A stretch of DNA of 64,000 nucleotides from Candidatus Latescibacterota bacterium (GTDB taxonomy: Bacteria > Latescibacterota > UBA2968), in the NCBI GenBank assembly GCA_965198115.1, contig OZ240241.1, positions 4,384,001-4,448,000 of the forward strand, written 5' to 3'. The stretch's first letter is position 1, and the number at the start of each line of letters is the position of its first letter. The position numbers and the translations under genes are program-made. Shown here one piece after another: positions 20,354-31,352 of this stretch. The notes under the pieces are model-generated. The model saw nothing but the letters and a program-made list of their open reading frames with translations, did not search any database and was not told where the DNA came from.

Positions 20354-22097
20354 CCACCCGTTTCGAATCGCCCTTGCCCAGGCCGATTTCACAGTCGGTG
20401 ACATCGACCGGAACCGAGACCGTATCATCCAGCTGATCTCCCGGGCCCGTGACCGACACGTATCCCTGATCGCCTTCCCGGAGTTGGCCATCACGGGCTA
20501 CCCGCCCGAAGACCTCCTGTTCAAGCCCAAGTTCATCGACGCGAATCTGCGAGCCCTCGAAGCGATCCACAAGGAGACAGCCGGGTTGACGGCGATCGTC
20601 GGATTCGTGGATCGCCAGGACGACATCTACAACGCCGCAGCCATCCTCAGCGACGGCCAGTGTGTGGCTGTCCACCACAAGTGCTTCCTCCCCAACTATG
20701 GGGTGTTCGACGAGGACAGGTATTTTCAAGCCGGAACGGAGAGCAGTGTCTTTCGATTCGACGGAGTCACGTTTGGCGTCAACATCTGCGAGGACATCTG
20801 GTATCCGGGTGGACCGGCGAGAGAGCAGGCACTCCTGGGCGACGCCGAGCTCATCGTCAACATATCCTCTTCACCCTTCCACGACGGCAAAGGCCTGATG
20901 CGCGAGCAGATGCTCGCCACTCGTGCGGCCGACTACGGGGCGATCCTCGCATTCTGTAACCTCGTCGGCGGCCAGGACGAGCTCGTTTTCGACGGGGGCA
21001 GTCTGGTTGTCGACCAGACAGGTTCGGTCATCGCCCGCGCAAACCGGTTCGATGAGCAGTTGCTCGTTGCCGATCTCGATATCGAGGCCGTCTTCAGACA
21101 CCGGCTTCACGACCCGCGGCGCAGGAAAGAGAAACAGATGGCGGAGGGCGGCGTATCATCCATCCTTCTCGGAGGCGTTGCCGCTCGCCCACCCGAAGGG
21201 CCGACCGACAATCTGGTGCCCATTCCTCCATCGTTCGACCCGGAGCAGCGGCTGCCCGATGTCTATCGCGCGCTCGTCGTCGGGACACGAGATTATGTCC
21301 GCAAGAACGGATTTGAAAAGGTGCTCATCGGTCTGTCTGGCGGAATCGATTCGGCCCTCGTCGCCGTCATCGCGATCGACGCGCTCGGTGTGGAGAACGT
21401 GGGCCTGGTCACCATGCCATCCCGGTTTTCGTCGGACGACACCAAATCCGACGCTCAATCCATGGCCGACGGACTCGGCGCAAGCCTGCTGACGATGCCC
21501 ATCCAGAGCATCTTCGAAACGTATCTTGGCGAACTGTCCGACGAATTCGAGGGAAGGCCTTTCGATACCGCAGAAGAGAACCTGCAACCCCGGATTCGCG
21601 GCAACCTGCTGATGGCCCTGTCGAACAAATTCGGATGGCTGGTCCTCACAACCGGCAACAAGAGCGAAATGAGCATGGGCTACGCCACACTATACGGCGA
21701 CATGGCCGGCGGATTCGCCGTCATCAAAGACATCTACAAAACGCTCGTCTACGACCTCGCGCACTACCGAAACAGCCTCGATACGACCCCCGCCATCCCG
21801 CCATCCATCATCGAACGGCCGCCCACAGCGGAACTGCGAGAGAATCAGTTCGACACGGACAGCCTGCCGCCCTACGACGTGCTCGACCCCATTCTCCAGG
21901 CATACGTCGAAGAAGACAAGAGTCAGCAGGAGATCGTCTCCCTCGGCTACGACGAGAAACTCGTGCAGCGCATCATCCGAACCGTCGACCTGAACGAATA
22001 CAAACGCAGGCAGTCTCCCCCAGGCATCAAGATCACCCAGCGAGCGTTCGGGCGAGACCGGCGTCTACCCATCACGAACCGCTGTCGCGAATACTGA
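20346..22097 (+). CDS. nadE: Glutamine-dependent NAD+ synthetase
   Basis: Nitrilase domain (FPELAITGYPPEDL, ICEDIW) plus synthetase domain (GLSGGIDS, ENLQPRIRG, TGNKSE). Confidence 0.95.
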   Translation: MRNHPFRIALAQADFTVGDIDRNRDRIIQLISRARDRHVSLIAFPELAITGYPPEDLLFKPKFIDANLRALEAIHKETAGLTAIVGFVDRQDDIYNAAAILSDGQCVAVHHKCFLPNYGVFDEDRYFQAGTESSVFRFDGVTFGVNICEDIWYPGGPAREQALLGDAELIVNISSSPFHDGKGLMREQMLATRAADYGAILAFCNLVGGQDELVFDGGSLVVDQTGSVIARANRFDEQLLVADLDIEAVFRHRLHDPRRRKEKQMAEGGVSSILLGGVAARPPEGPTDNLVPIPPSFDPEQRLPDVYRALVVGTRDYVRKNGFEKVLIGLSGGIDSALVAVIAIDALGVENVGLVTMPSRFSSDDTKSDAQSMADGLGASLLTMPIQSIFETYLGELSDEFEGRPFDTAEENLQPRIRGNLLMALSNKFGWLVLTTGNKSEMSMGYATLYGDMAGGFAVIKDIYKTLVYDLAHYRNSLDTTPAIPPSIIERPPTAELRENQFDTDSLPPYDVLDPILQAYVEEDKSQQEIVSLGYDEKLVQRIIRTVDLNEYKRRQSPPGIKITQRAFGRDRRLPITNRCREY

Positions 22098-22117
22098 GTT
22101 AGCTCTCGGCTGGACGC

Positions 22118-22153
22118 AAAAGACCCACGCGATCGTTCATCGCGTGGGTCTTT
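22118..22153. terminator. Bidirectional terminator between nadE and atpC
   Basis: AAAGACCCACGCGAT-loop-ATCGCGTGGGTCTTT. Confidence 0.85.
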
Positions 22154-22178
22154 CCTCATTGCCTTCTTCTCGTGGTGC

Positions 22179-22573
22179 CTAAGAAATCCTCAGACGATTG
22201 AGCGCCTTCTCCAAAGCGGCCTCCGCACGTACAACATCGATGTCGGGATTTCTTGGCTTCACGAGCCGCTGTTGAGCCCGTTCCCGCGCTCCCTCCGCCC
22301 GCGCCGATCGATGTCCTCGGACAATTCGGCGGTTTCCGCCAGAATCGTGACCCGGTCTCTCAACACCTCGGCAAACCCCCCGCTGACCGAGGCCAACCGC
22401 TCGTCCCCTCCGTCTTCGCGGAAAATCAACGACCCTGTCCTGAGGGCCGACACCATTGGTTGGTGCCCCGTCAACACACCGAATCCCCCGTCCACACCAG
22501 ATGCCCGAAGACGGCTGATCGTCCCCGTATAGAGCGTGCGCTCCGGTGTCACAATTTCAAGTTCGTATGCCAT
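22179..22573 (-). CDS. atpC: ATP synthase epsilon subunit with an apparent 1-nt frameshift near 22303
   Basis: LEIVTPER, GFGVLTGHQP, VSGGFAEV; the C-terminal helices RAEGARERAQQRL...RAEAALEKALNRL continue in a shifted frame to TAG at 22179. Confidence 0.85.
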
Positions 22574-22624
22574 GGTCTTCGCGAATGCCCAACTATTGTG
22601 CCCAATTCCTATTTCCCAATTTTC

Positions 22625-24168
<1,544 letters not shown>

Positions 24169-25023
24169 CTAGGCGACCGCTTCCGCGCCGCCGATGATGT
24201 CCATCAGCTCGAGCGTGATGGCCGTCTGACGTGCTTTGTTCACGTCCCGGGTCAGCTCTTCGATCAGATCGCCCGCGTTCTTCGTGGCGTTGTCCATGGC
24301 CTGCATGCGGGAGGCTTGTTCACCCGCATTCGATTCCAGCAACGCTCGCCAGACCTGGAAGTTCACGTGTCGGGGTACCAGGCTGTCCATCAGCCGCTCG
24401 GGATCGGGCTCGAAGATGAACTCGCCGGGCTCGTCTTCCCCCGATTCCGACGGAAGGATCGGCAGAAGCTGGTGCGCCACGGGAATCTGTTGGGCAACCG
24501 AACGAAACTCGTTGTAAACGAGGACCACACGATCGACTTCGCCGGTCCTGAATCGCCTCGATAGATCACCGGCGATCGTCATCGCGCTCGAAAACGCGAG
24601 ATCGCGGAACACGTCGATGTAGTCAGCTACGACGTTGTAGTCGCGGTTGGCAAGGAAATTCCGGCCTTTCCTGCCAATCGCGACGAGCAACAGGTCGGCA
24701 CCCCCGAGCTCGCTCGCCTCGGTGGCCAGACGACGGCACGCGCTGGCGTTAAAGCCGCCGCACAGGCCGCGGTCGGAAGTGATCAGCGCGATGGCGACCC
24801 GCTCGACCGGCCGCTCAGCGAACATCGGATTCTGGCTCGTATCTACAGATCCGCTGAGTCGACGGAGGATGCTATCTAGTTTTTCCGCGTAAGGCCGAGC
24901 AGCCAGGATATCCTCCTGAGCCTTGCGCATGCGGGCAGCAGCGACCAGCTGCATCGCATTGGTCACACGCTGAATGTTCTTGATACTCGCAACGCGAGTG
25001 CGAAGCTGCTTCAGAGTCGCCAA
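24169..25023 (-). CDS. atpG: ATP synthase gamma subunit
   Basis: SIKNIQRVTNAMQLVAAA, SDRGLCGGFN, EQASRMQAMDNATKNA, RQTAITLEL; TTG start. Confidence 0.96.
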   Translation of the reverse strand: MATLKQLRTRVASIKNIQRVTNAMQLVAAARMRKAQEDILAARPYAEKLDSILRRLSGSVDTSQNPMFAERPVERVAIALITSDRGLCGGFNASACRRLATEASELGGADLLLVAIGRKGRNFLANRDYNVVADYIDVFRDLAFSSAMTIAGDLSRRFRTGEVDRVVLVYNEFRSVAQQIPVAHQLLPILPSESGEDEPGEFIFEPDPERLMDSLVPRHVNFQVWRALLESNAGEQASRMQAMDNATKNAGDLIEELTRDVNKARQTAITLELMDIIGGAEAVA

Positions 25024-25041
25024 ATCTTCCCCTTCTCTAGG

Positions 25042-25132
25042 CGTCCCTGTGCACAGCACAGGGACGAGCGCGTCGTCTTAATAAGAAGAACACGAGCGGC
25101 GCCCGCTCGCCCTCGTGCTGAGCACGAGGGCG
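25042..25132. repeat. Two related perfect hairpins in the atpA-atpG spacer
   Basis: CGTCCCTGTGC-ACA-GCACAGGGACG (25042-25066) and CGCCCTCGTGCT-G-AGCACGAGGGCG (25108-25132). Confidence 0.75.
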
Positions 25133-26650
25133 TCAGCTTCCTTGGAATCCACCCTTGAAGCTATCGACGGCCGCATCCAGCTTTTCCTTCATCTCGTCGC
25201 TAAGATCGAGCGTCTCATCCACCGACTGAATGATGTCGGGGTGGCCGTCGCGGATGTATTCAAGCAACTCCTTCTCAAACCGCTGGAGATCCTGTGTGGG
25301 GACGTCGTCAACCTTCGACGCCGAGAACAGAACCACGGTCTGCTCACCCAACGACTGAGGCGAAAACTGGTTCTGCTTCAGCAGCTCGGTCAGCTTCTCT
25401 CCGCGGTTCAGGACGTCGCGTGTTGCTTGGTCCAGACCCTCCGTGCCAAACTGTGCGAACGCTTTGACCTCATTGTATTGAGACAGATCCCCCTTCAGCG
25501 TACCGGCAACCGCACGCATCGCGCGACTTCTCGCGGACGACACTCGCGATACCGACGCACCGACGTCCATCGCAGGTCGGATACCCGCGTAAAAGAGTTC
25601 GGGTTTGAGCAGGATCTGACCGTCCGTAATCGAAATCACGTTGGTCGGGACGAACGTCGACACGTCGCCTTCCAAAATCTCGATCACGGGCAGCGCCGTC
25701 AACGATCCTCCACCAAGCTCGTCGTTCATTTTTGTTGCTCGTTCCAGCAGACGGGAGTGGAGATAGAAGACGTCACCCGGATAGGCCTCACGACCGGGAG
25801 GCCTTCGGAGCACCAGCGCCATCTCCCGATACGCCCACGCTTGCTTCGAGAGATCGTCGTAGATGATCAGCGCGTGCTCACCCTTGTCCCGGAAATACTC
25901 GCCCATTGAGCATCCGGCGTACGGGGCAAGAAACTGGAGCGGGGCCGGGTCGCTCGCCGTCGCCGAAACTACGATCGTGTAGTCCATCGCCCCGGCACGT
26001 TCGAGCTCACCCACCACTTTGGCGACCGTCGATGCTTTTTGCCCGATCGCAACGTAGATACACTTGAGACCCGAGTCCTTCTGGTTGATGATCGTATCGA
26101 GCGCGATCGCCGTCTTGCCCGTCTGACGATCCCCGATGATCAGTTCACGCTGTCCTCGCCCGATCGGCACTGTCGAGTCGATCACCTTGATGCCGGTCAT
26201 CATCGGCTCTACAACAGGCTGACGCGCCATCACACCCGGCGCGATACGCTCGACCGGCAACGTCTGATCGGAGGAGACGGGGCCCTTTCCATCGATCGGC
26301 TGCCCGAGTGGATTGACCACGCGTCCAAGCAGTCCTTCGCCAACCGGAACTTCGACAATCCGTTCCGTCCGCTTGACCGTATCGCCTTCGCGAATTTGGG
26401 TATCGTCACCGAACAGGACGCACCCGACGTTGTCAGCTTCAAGGTTCAGGGCCATGCCCATGATGTCGTTCGGGAATTGAACAAGCTCGCTGGCTTGCAC
26501 ATTCCCCAATCCGTGCACGCGAGCGACGCCGTCACCGACCTGGATCACCGTACCGGTCTCGTAGACATCGACTTCGCGTCTGGCCTCGAGAATCTGTTGC
26601 TTCAGGATATCGGAGATTTCGTCGGGTCGTATCTGTAAATTCGTCGCCAT
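25133..26650 (-). CDS. atpA: ATP synthase alpha subunit
   Basis: [42 protein letters not shown]. Confidence 0.97.
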   Translation of the reverse strand: MATNLQIRPDEISDILKQQILEARREVDVYETGTVIQVGDGVARVHGLGNVQASELVQFPNDIMGMALNLEADNVGCVLFGDDTQIREGDTVKRTERIVEVPVGEGLLGRVVNPLGQPIDGKGPVSSDQTLPVERIAPGVMARQPVVEPMMTGIKVIDSTVPIGRGQRELIIGDRQTGKTAIALDTIINQKDSGLKCIYVAIGQKASTVAKVVGELERAGAMDYTIVVSATASDPAPLQFLAPYAGCSMGEYFRDKGEHALIIYDDLSKQAWAYREMALVLRRPPGREAYPGDVFYLHSRLLERATKMNDELGGGSLTALPVIEILEGDVSTFVPTNVISITDGQILLKPELFYAGIRPAMDVGASVSRVSSARSRAMRAVAGTLKGDLSQYNEVKAFAQFGTEGLDQATRDVLNRGEKLTELLKQNQFSPQSLGEQTVVLFSASKVDDVPTQDLQRFEKELLEYIRDGHPDIIQSVDETLDLSDEMKEKLDAAVDSFKGGFQGS

Positions 26651-26712
26651 TTACAACAATCCTCGGTTTTGTTTTCCGCTGCACTTCACAAGGTCGAAAC
26701 TCGCTCTCCGAA

Positions 26713-27255
26713 TCAAGCTCCCGCCCTCAGCGCGTTGTGAAGCCGATCGACCATCGATTCGAGTGTGCCATCGAAGACCTGGTCACCAAGCCGTGCGATA
26801 AACCCCGCCTTCAGACTGGGATCGACACTCGTTTCGACACGAACATCTTTTCCGGAATACGTCGACAATTTGGCCTCCAGTTGACCGACTTGTTCATCCG
26901 TCAGCTCGATTGCAGAGGTGACTTCGGCAGTCGCCACGCCACGTCGATCTGCCATCAGAGTCACATAATCGCGCAACATCTCCGTGAGCAGGCGTTCCCT
27001 GCGCTTTTCGCAGAGCAACAACAGAAAGTTGAGCGTCAGGTCCTGTAGTTTGCCCTCGAAAAGTCGCGTGAAGGCGTCCCGCTTTTGTTGCGGGAGGATG
27101 AACGGGTCTTCCGTGTAGCTGACAAAATCATTCGACGCATCCAAGAGCTCGATGAGGCCTTCGACATCGGATTGAACCTCGTCGAGCAGGCCGCGTTCTT
27201 CTGCCGCACTGGCCAGGGCCTCTGTGTAACGTTGGGATACGCCAGTCTGACTCAA
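26713..27255 (-). CDS. atpH: ATP synthase delta subunit
   Basis: RYTEAL, AEVTSAIEL, VDPSLKAGFIARLGDQVFDG. Confidence 0.92.
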   Translation of the reverse strand: MSQTGVSQRYTEALASAAEERGLLDEVQSDVEGLIELLDASNDFVSYTEDPFILPQQKRDAFTRLFEGKLQDLTLNFLLLLCEKRRERLLTEMLRDYVTLMADRRGVATAEVTSAIELTDEQVGQLEAKLSTYSGKDVRVETSVDPSLKAGFIARLGDQVFDGTLESMVDRLHNALRAGA

Positions 27256-27406
27256 ACAATCACTCCGATCTTTGTCTTACAACCAACAAGTAGCGGAATC
27301 GCTTTTCACGCCACCCGGCCGTATCTCAAACGCACTCCCGCTTAGGGCCGACCAACTCATCGGTGGTCCCTCTGTGTGCTCCGTGTCCTCAGTGGTTTCT
27401 TCGTTT

Positions 27407-27901
27407 TCAGTTCGGCGACTCCGGCATACGCGAAATCACATCATCCGCGATCTGCCGGCTTCGGTTTTCGTCGATCTGCTCGTCCAATATCTTTCGCGTG
27501 GCCAGGATGGCCATGTCGGCCACCTCATTCCGCAGTTCCTGGACCGCCTGGTTCTTTTCCTGCTCGATCGTGCGTCGCGCTTGCTCGAGCATCTGTGTGG
27601 CCTCGCCCTCTGCGCGCTCACGCACCTCTTGGGCGACGCGTTCGGCCAGCTCGCGGCCCTCCGCGATGGCGGCCCGAGCTTCTACTTGTGCTTGCTCGAG
27701 CGCTGCCCTGTTCTCATCGGCCTGCTGTTCGGCTTCTTCACGAGCTCTGTCGGCCTGGGCAAGCGCATCGGTGATGCGTTGTTCCCGCTCGTCGAGCATG
27801 GTCAGCAGGGGTTTCCACGCGACCGCCCGGAGCACCACCAACAACAGCAGAAACGTGACGATGGTCCAGATGATGAGACCGGGCTCGATATTCAGTAACA
27901 T
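27407..27901 (-). CDS. atpF: ATP synthase b subunit
   Basis: PGLIIWTIVTFLLLLVVL.AVAWKPLL.MLDERE, followed by coiled coil. Confidence 0.93.
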   Translation of the reverse strand: MLLNIEPGLIIWTIVTFLLLLVVLRAVAWKPLLTMLDEREQRITDALAQADRAREEAEQQADENRAALEQAQVEARAAIAEGRELAERVAQEVRERAEGEATQMLEQARRTIEQEKNQAVQELRNEVADMAILATRKILDEQIDENRSRQIADDVISRMPESPN

Positions 27902-27956
27902 GCCGCTCTCCTGTTAATAATGTCTTCTGTCACCCTGAGGTGACTTCCCTCTCGAC

Positions 27957-28208
27957 TCAACCGCCCTTGGTCGCCAGGAGGAAGCAGACAACCTGCCCGA
28001 ACAGTGCGACACTTTCGATAAAGGCTGCCGTGATAATCATCGAGGTACGGATGTCGTTCGCAGCCTCGGGCTGGCGCGCGGTACCTTCGACCGCCATGCC
28101 GGCCAACCGGCCAATACCCAGACCAGCGCCGATCGTGACAAGTCCTGCACCGATGCCGGCTGAAAGATACCCATATGCTTCGGATGCCAATGCTGCTTCA
28201 GCTGCCAC
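27957..28208 (-). CDS. atpE: ATP synthase c subunit
   Basis: GAGLGIG, ARQPEA, FIESVALF; SD GGAGGTG before GTG. Confidence 0.93.
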   Translation of the reverse strand: MAAEAALASEAYGYLSAGIGAGLVTIGAGLGIGRLAGMAVEGTARQPEAANDIRTSMIITAAFIESVALFGQVVCFLLATKGG

Positions 28209-28359
28209 AGAACACCTCCAGAGAAATGACGAGTTGAAATCTGATCCACGAATGTCGTTTCGGTAAGCCCTCGAGTGCCATCCGCAAACACTCAAAGACA
28301 GGGTTTATCTCCCCCTCTCCCCAACCCCTGCTCCCACTAGGGGTGACCGGGTGGAGTGG

Positions 28360-29175
28360 CTAGTGCTCCTGATGCACCGCCATGCCGATAAACACGGCCG
28401 AAAGCATCGTGAAGATGTAGGCCTGGACGAGTGCCACAAATATTTCAAGCAGATAGATGGCCAGCGAAAACGGAACCGCCACCAGGGCAACCGCGTATGC
28501 CTTGAAGAGGAAAATCAGACCCAACAGGGCGAGAATGATCACGTGTCCAGCCGTCATGTTTGCGAAGAGCCGAATACAGAGCGCAAAGGGTTTGGTCAGA
28601 AGACCGATGATCTCTATCGGGACCATTAATACCGTGATCGGCAGCGGTAGTCCGTGGGGGACCAAACCTTTGAAATAGCCGAAGAATCCATTGTGAATGA
28701 TGCCGCCGATCTGAATTGTCAGGAACGCGCAGATGGCGAGTCCCGCCGTCACACTCACGTTGCCCGTAGGGGTGGCCCCGTAGGGAATCAACCCAAGAAG
28801 ATTGCAGGTTAGAATGAAGAAGAAGATCGTGAGCAGGAACGGCATGAACTTACGATACTCCTGGTCTCCGATATTCGGCTTTGCGATCTCGTCGCGAATA
28901 AAGAGAACGATCGCTTCGAGCATGTTGCCGAAACCGCGGGGGACCAGGCCACGCCCACGGGTGGTCACGAAGAAAGCGACCACCAGGAAGAGGGTGGCGA
29001 TCCACATCATCACCACGTGGCGGGTGATTGAAACGTCGATCCCGAATAGCTCCAGGTGTGGCAGATGAATGTGGCCGAACGGAGCGTGGATGTCCGGCCC
29101 ATCCAGCAGGTGCTCCATGATGTAATCGTTGCCCGCACCGTGTTCAGCAGCGGCCTGTCCTTCTGAAGCCATCAT
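28360..29175 (-). CDS. atpB: ATP synthase a subunit
   Basis: NLLGLIP, TGNVSVT, KPFALCIRLFANMTAGH, QAYIFTMLS. Confidence 0.94.
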   Translation of the reverse strand: MMASEGQAAAEHGAGNDYIMEHLLDGPDIHAPFGHIHLPHLELFGIDVSITRHVVMMWIATLFLVVAFFVTTRGRGLVPRGFGNMLEAIVLFIRDEIAKPNIGDQEYRKFMPFLLTIFFFILTCNLLGLIPYGATPTGNVSVTAGLAICAFLTIQIGGIIHNGFFGYFKGLVPHGLPLPITVLMVPIEIIGLLTKPFALCIRLFANMTAGHVIILALLGLIFLFKAYAVALVAVPFSLAIYLLEIFVALVQAYIFTMLSAVFIGMAVHQEH

Positions 29176-29576
29176 CAAACTCCTTCTACCGAACCGGGTT
29201 GACGGCCGGTCAGAAATCGAATCTCCAGCGTCTGGTAGATGATGTAGAACAGGAAAAGCGACAAACCCAACCCGAGAACCGAAACCTCGGTCAATCTTAC
29301 GATCAGAACGAAAGTCACGCAGATGGCGATCATCCGCAGCGCCATCCCCCCCAGCAGCGTCTTCAAAAAGACGGGTTGCGGCTTGTCGAACGCCCACAAA
29401 GCGGAGGCTCCCCCGATCAGGACGTTCACGGTGCTGATGCCGCATCCAATCGCGGCCGCGAGCAGCACCTCCCTACCCCACCTTGCGTAGACCGGATACG
29501 CCAGTAGAACGAACGCGATACCCAGCGTGATGCCGATCTGCTTGAAGAATTTGCCGATATCTCGCGACGCACTCAC
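29175..29576 (-). CDS. ATP synthase-associated membrane protein (AtpI-like)
   Basis: Four hydrophobic segments; position directly upstream of atpB. Confidence 0.65.
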   Translation of the reverse strand: MSASRDIGKFFKQIGITLGIAFVLLAYPVYARWGREVLLAAAIGCGISTVNVLIGGASALWAFDKPQPVFLKTLLGGMALRMIAICVTFVLIVRLTEVSVLGLGLSLFLFYIIYQTLEIRFLTGRQPGSVEGV

Positions 29577-29845
29577 CGGTCTGCCGTCTCGTCCGTGTCC
29601 CGCTCCTCGCGTGCCCGATCACTTAGACGATTGACCGCTCGCAACAGGTGCCAGGTCGCGGCCCCTGTTCCTACTAGGAGACCGACCAGGGCCAGGATCG
29701 GTTCCGTCCCCACCTTTCCGTCCAACCACCGACCCGCAATGAAGCACAGAATCACCGTCGCGGCAAACTCAATCCCCAATCCCATGTAGGGACCGGCCTT
29801 GCGATACGCTTCACCAGGCCCCGATCCCTTCAGCATCTCCGACAC
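29573..29845 (-). CDS. AtpZ/AtpI family protein
   Basis: YMGLGIEFAATV...GRWLDGKVGTEP; first gene of the atp block. Confidence 0.8.
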   Translation of the reverse strand: MSEMLKGSGPGEAYRKAGPYMGLGIEFAATVILCFIAGRWLDGKVGTEPILALVGLLVGTGAATWHLLRAVNRLSDRAREERDTDETADR

Positions 29846-29885
29846 CTCCAGACGCGAGAGCTCCAGGGGCTGTGCACGACCTGAA

Positions 29886-31331
29886 TTAGATCAACGTGGA
29901 AACCGTTTGCTGCGCCATCCTCAGCAGGTTCGTCGGTGCCAGACCGAGGTATAGTGTACCCAGGGATGTCACGATCAGCGCGACTCTGGAGAACGGCGAC
30001 ATCGTGACCTCGTGCGTCTGCCCGACGGGCTGACGCATATACATGCTCACGACCACGCCGAGGTAAAAGTAAACGGAGACCAGGCTGTTGAGGACGCCGA
30101 TGACTGTCAGCCAGATATAGCCCGACTCGACGGCTGCAGAAAAGATCTGAAATTTACCGAAGAAACCGGCCGTCGGGGGAAGTCCCGCCAGCGAGACCAT
30201 AAAGAGCGTCATCGCCAGGCCAAGACCCGGATGACGGAAGCCGAGACCGCTGTAGTTCGTGATCTCGAGGTTCTCGTCACCTTTCCGTCCCAACACCAAA
30301 ACCACCGAAAAAGCCCCGATGTTCATGAGCGTGTACGCGAGGAGGTAGAACAGCCCTCCCGCAACGCCACTCGCACTTGCCGCGACGACTGCCACCAGAA
30401 CGTAGCCGGCGTGCGCGACGCTCGAGTAGGCCAGCATCCGTTTGATGTTTCTCTGGGAGAGGGCGCCCAGGTTGCCCACCGTCATCGTCAGCGCGGCCAG
30501 CATCCAGATCGCCTGTGACCAATCATCGACCAGATCCCCCATCGCGGCGAACAGGACGCGGAAGAAAACGGCGAACGCAGCCGCCTTGGGTCCCGCTGAC
30601 ATGAAAGCCGTGATTGACGTAGGTGCGCCCTGGTAAACGTCGGGCGCCCACATGTGAAACGGAACGGCAGAAACCTTGAAGGCGAAACCGACGATCAACA
30701 GCGCGACGCCGCCGAGCAGCATCAGGTGGCTGTTTACGCGACCTTGTGCGATCGTCAGCTCGATCTCGCGCAGATTCGTCGTCCCCGTTGACCCGTAGAC
30801 GAGGGCGATGCCATAGAGAAGGAATCCCGTCGCAAACGCACCCAGAAGCAGATACTTCAGCGAAGCCTCGTTCGACGACTTCGCCCGCCTGAAGAACCCG
30901 ACGAGGATGTAGAGGGCAAGCGACATCAACTCCAGACCGAGAAAGATCACGACCAGGTCGGCACCGGCCGCCATGAGCATCATCCCCAGGGTCGCCGCCA
31001 GAATCAGGATGTAATACTCGGCCCTGCCTGCCTCTTCACGCGCCAGAAAATCGACGGAAATGAAGATCGTCAGCCCGGTCCCAGCGAGAAACAGCAGGTT
31101 GAAGAAGAGCGCGAAATCGTCCAGAAAAACCATGCCCCCGAATCCAGCAGTCGGGGGCACGTTCCACATACCCAGCGTCACCGCGAAGGCAACGGCCGTC
31201 CCAAGCAGGGCGACATCTCCCGCTCTTTTACCCTTGTTCGCAGGCCAAATGATATCGATGCAGAGAACGAGGAGACAGAGCCCCGCGACGATGAGCATGG
31301 GCGTCAGTACGGTCCAGTTGAAATCAAACAC
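29886..31331 (-). CDS. nuoN: NADH-quinone oxidoreductase subunit N
   Basis: GLELMSLALYIL, SNEASLKYLLLG, FKVSAVPFHMWAPDVYQGAP, KRMLAYSSVAHAGY. Confidence 0.93.
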   Translation of the reverse strand: MFDFNWTVLTPMLIVAGLCLLVLCIDIIWPANKGKRAGDVALLGTAVAFAVTLGMWNVPPTAGFGGMVFLDDFALFFNLLFLAGTGLTIFISVDFLAREEAGRAEYYILILAATLGMMLMAAGADLVVIFLGLELMSLALYILVGFFRRAKSSNEASLKYLLLGAFATGFLLYGIALVYGSTGTTNLREIELTIAQGRVNSHLMLLGGVALLIVGFAFKVSAVPFHMWAPDVYQGAPTSITAFMSAGPKAAAFAVFFRVLFAAMGDLVDDWSQAIWMLAALTMTVGNLGALSQRNIKRMLAYSSVAHAGYVLVAVVAASASGVAGGLFYLLAYTLMNIGAFSVVLVLGRKGDENLEITNYSGLGFRHPGLGLAMTLFMVSLAGLPPTAGFFGKFQIFSAAVESGYIWLTVIGVLNSLVSVYFYLGVVVSMYMRQPVGQTHEVTMSPFSRVALIVTSLGTLYLGLAPTNLLRMAQQTVSTLI

Positions 31332-31352
31332 GGTACTGCTCGAACCGATGGG

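Noticed and set aside
27957-28208. Na+-translocating ATP synthase, suggested by the ES pair in FIESVAL and the adjacent Mrp genes
   Set aside because: The first helix has GAGLGIG without the Pro/Gln ligands, and the Thr/Tyr after ES are absent. The Na+ signature is incomplete, so H+ coupling is more likely.
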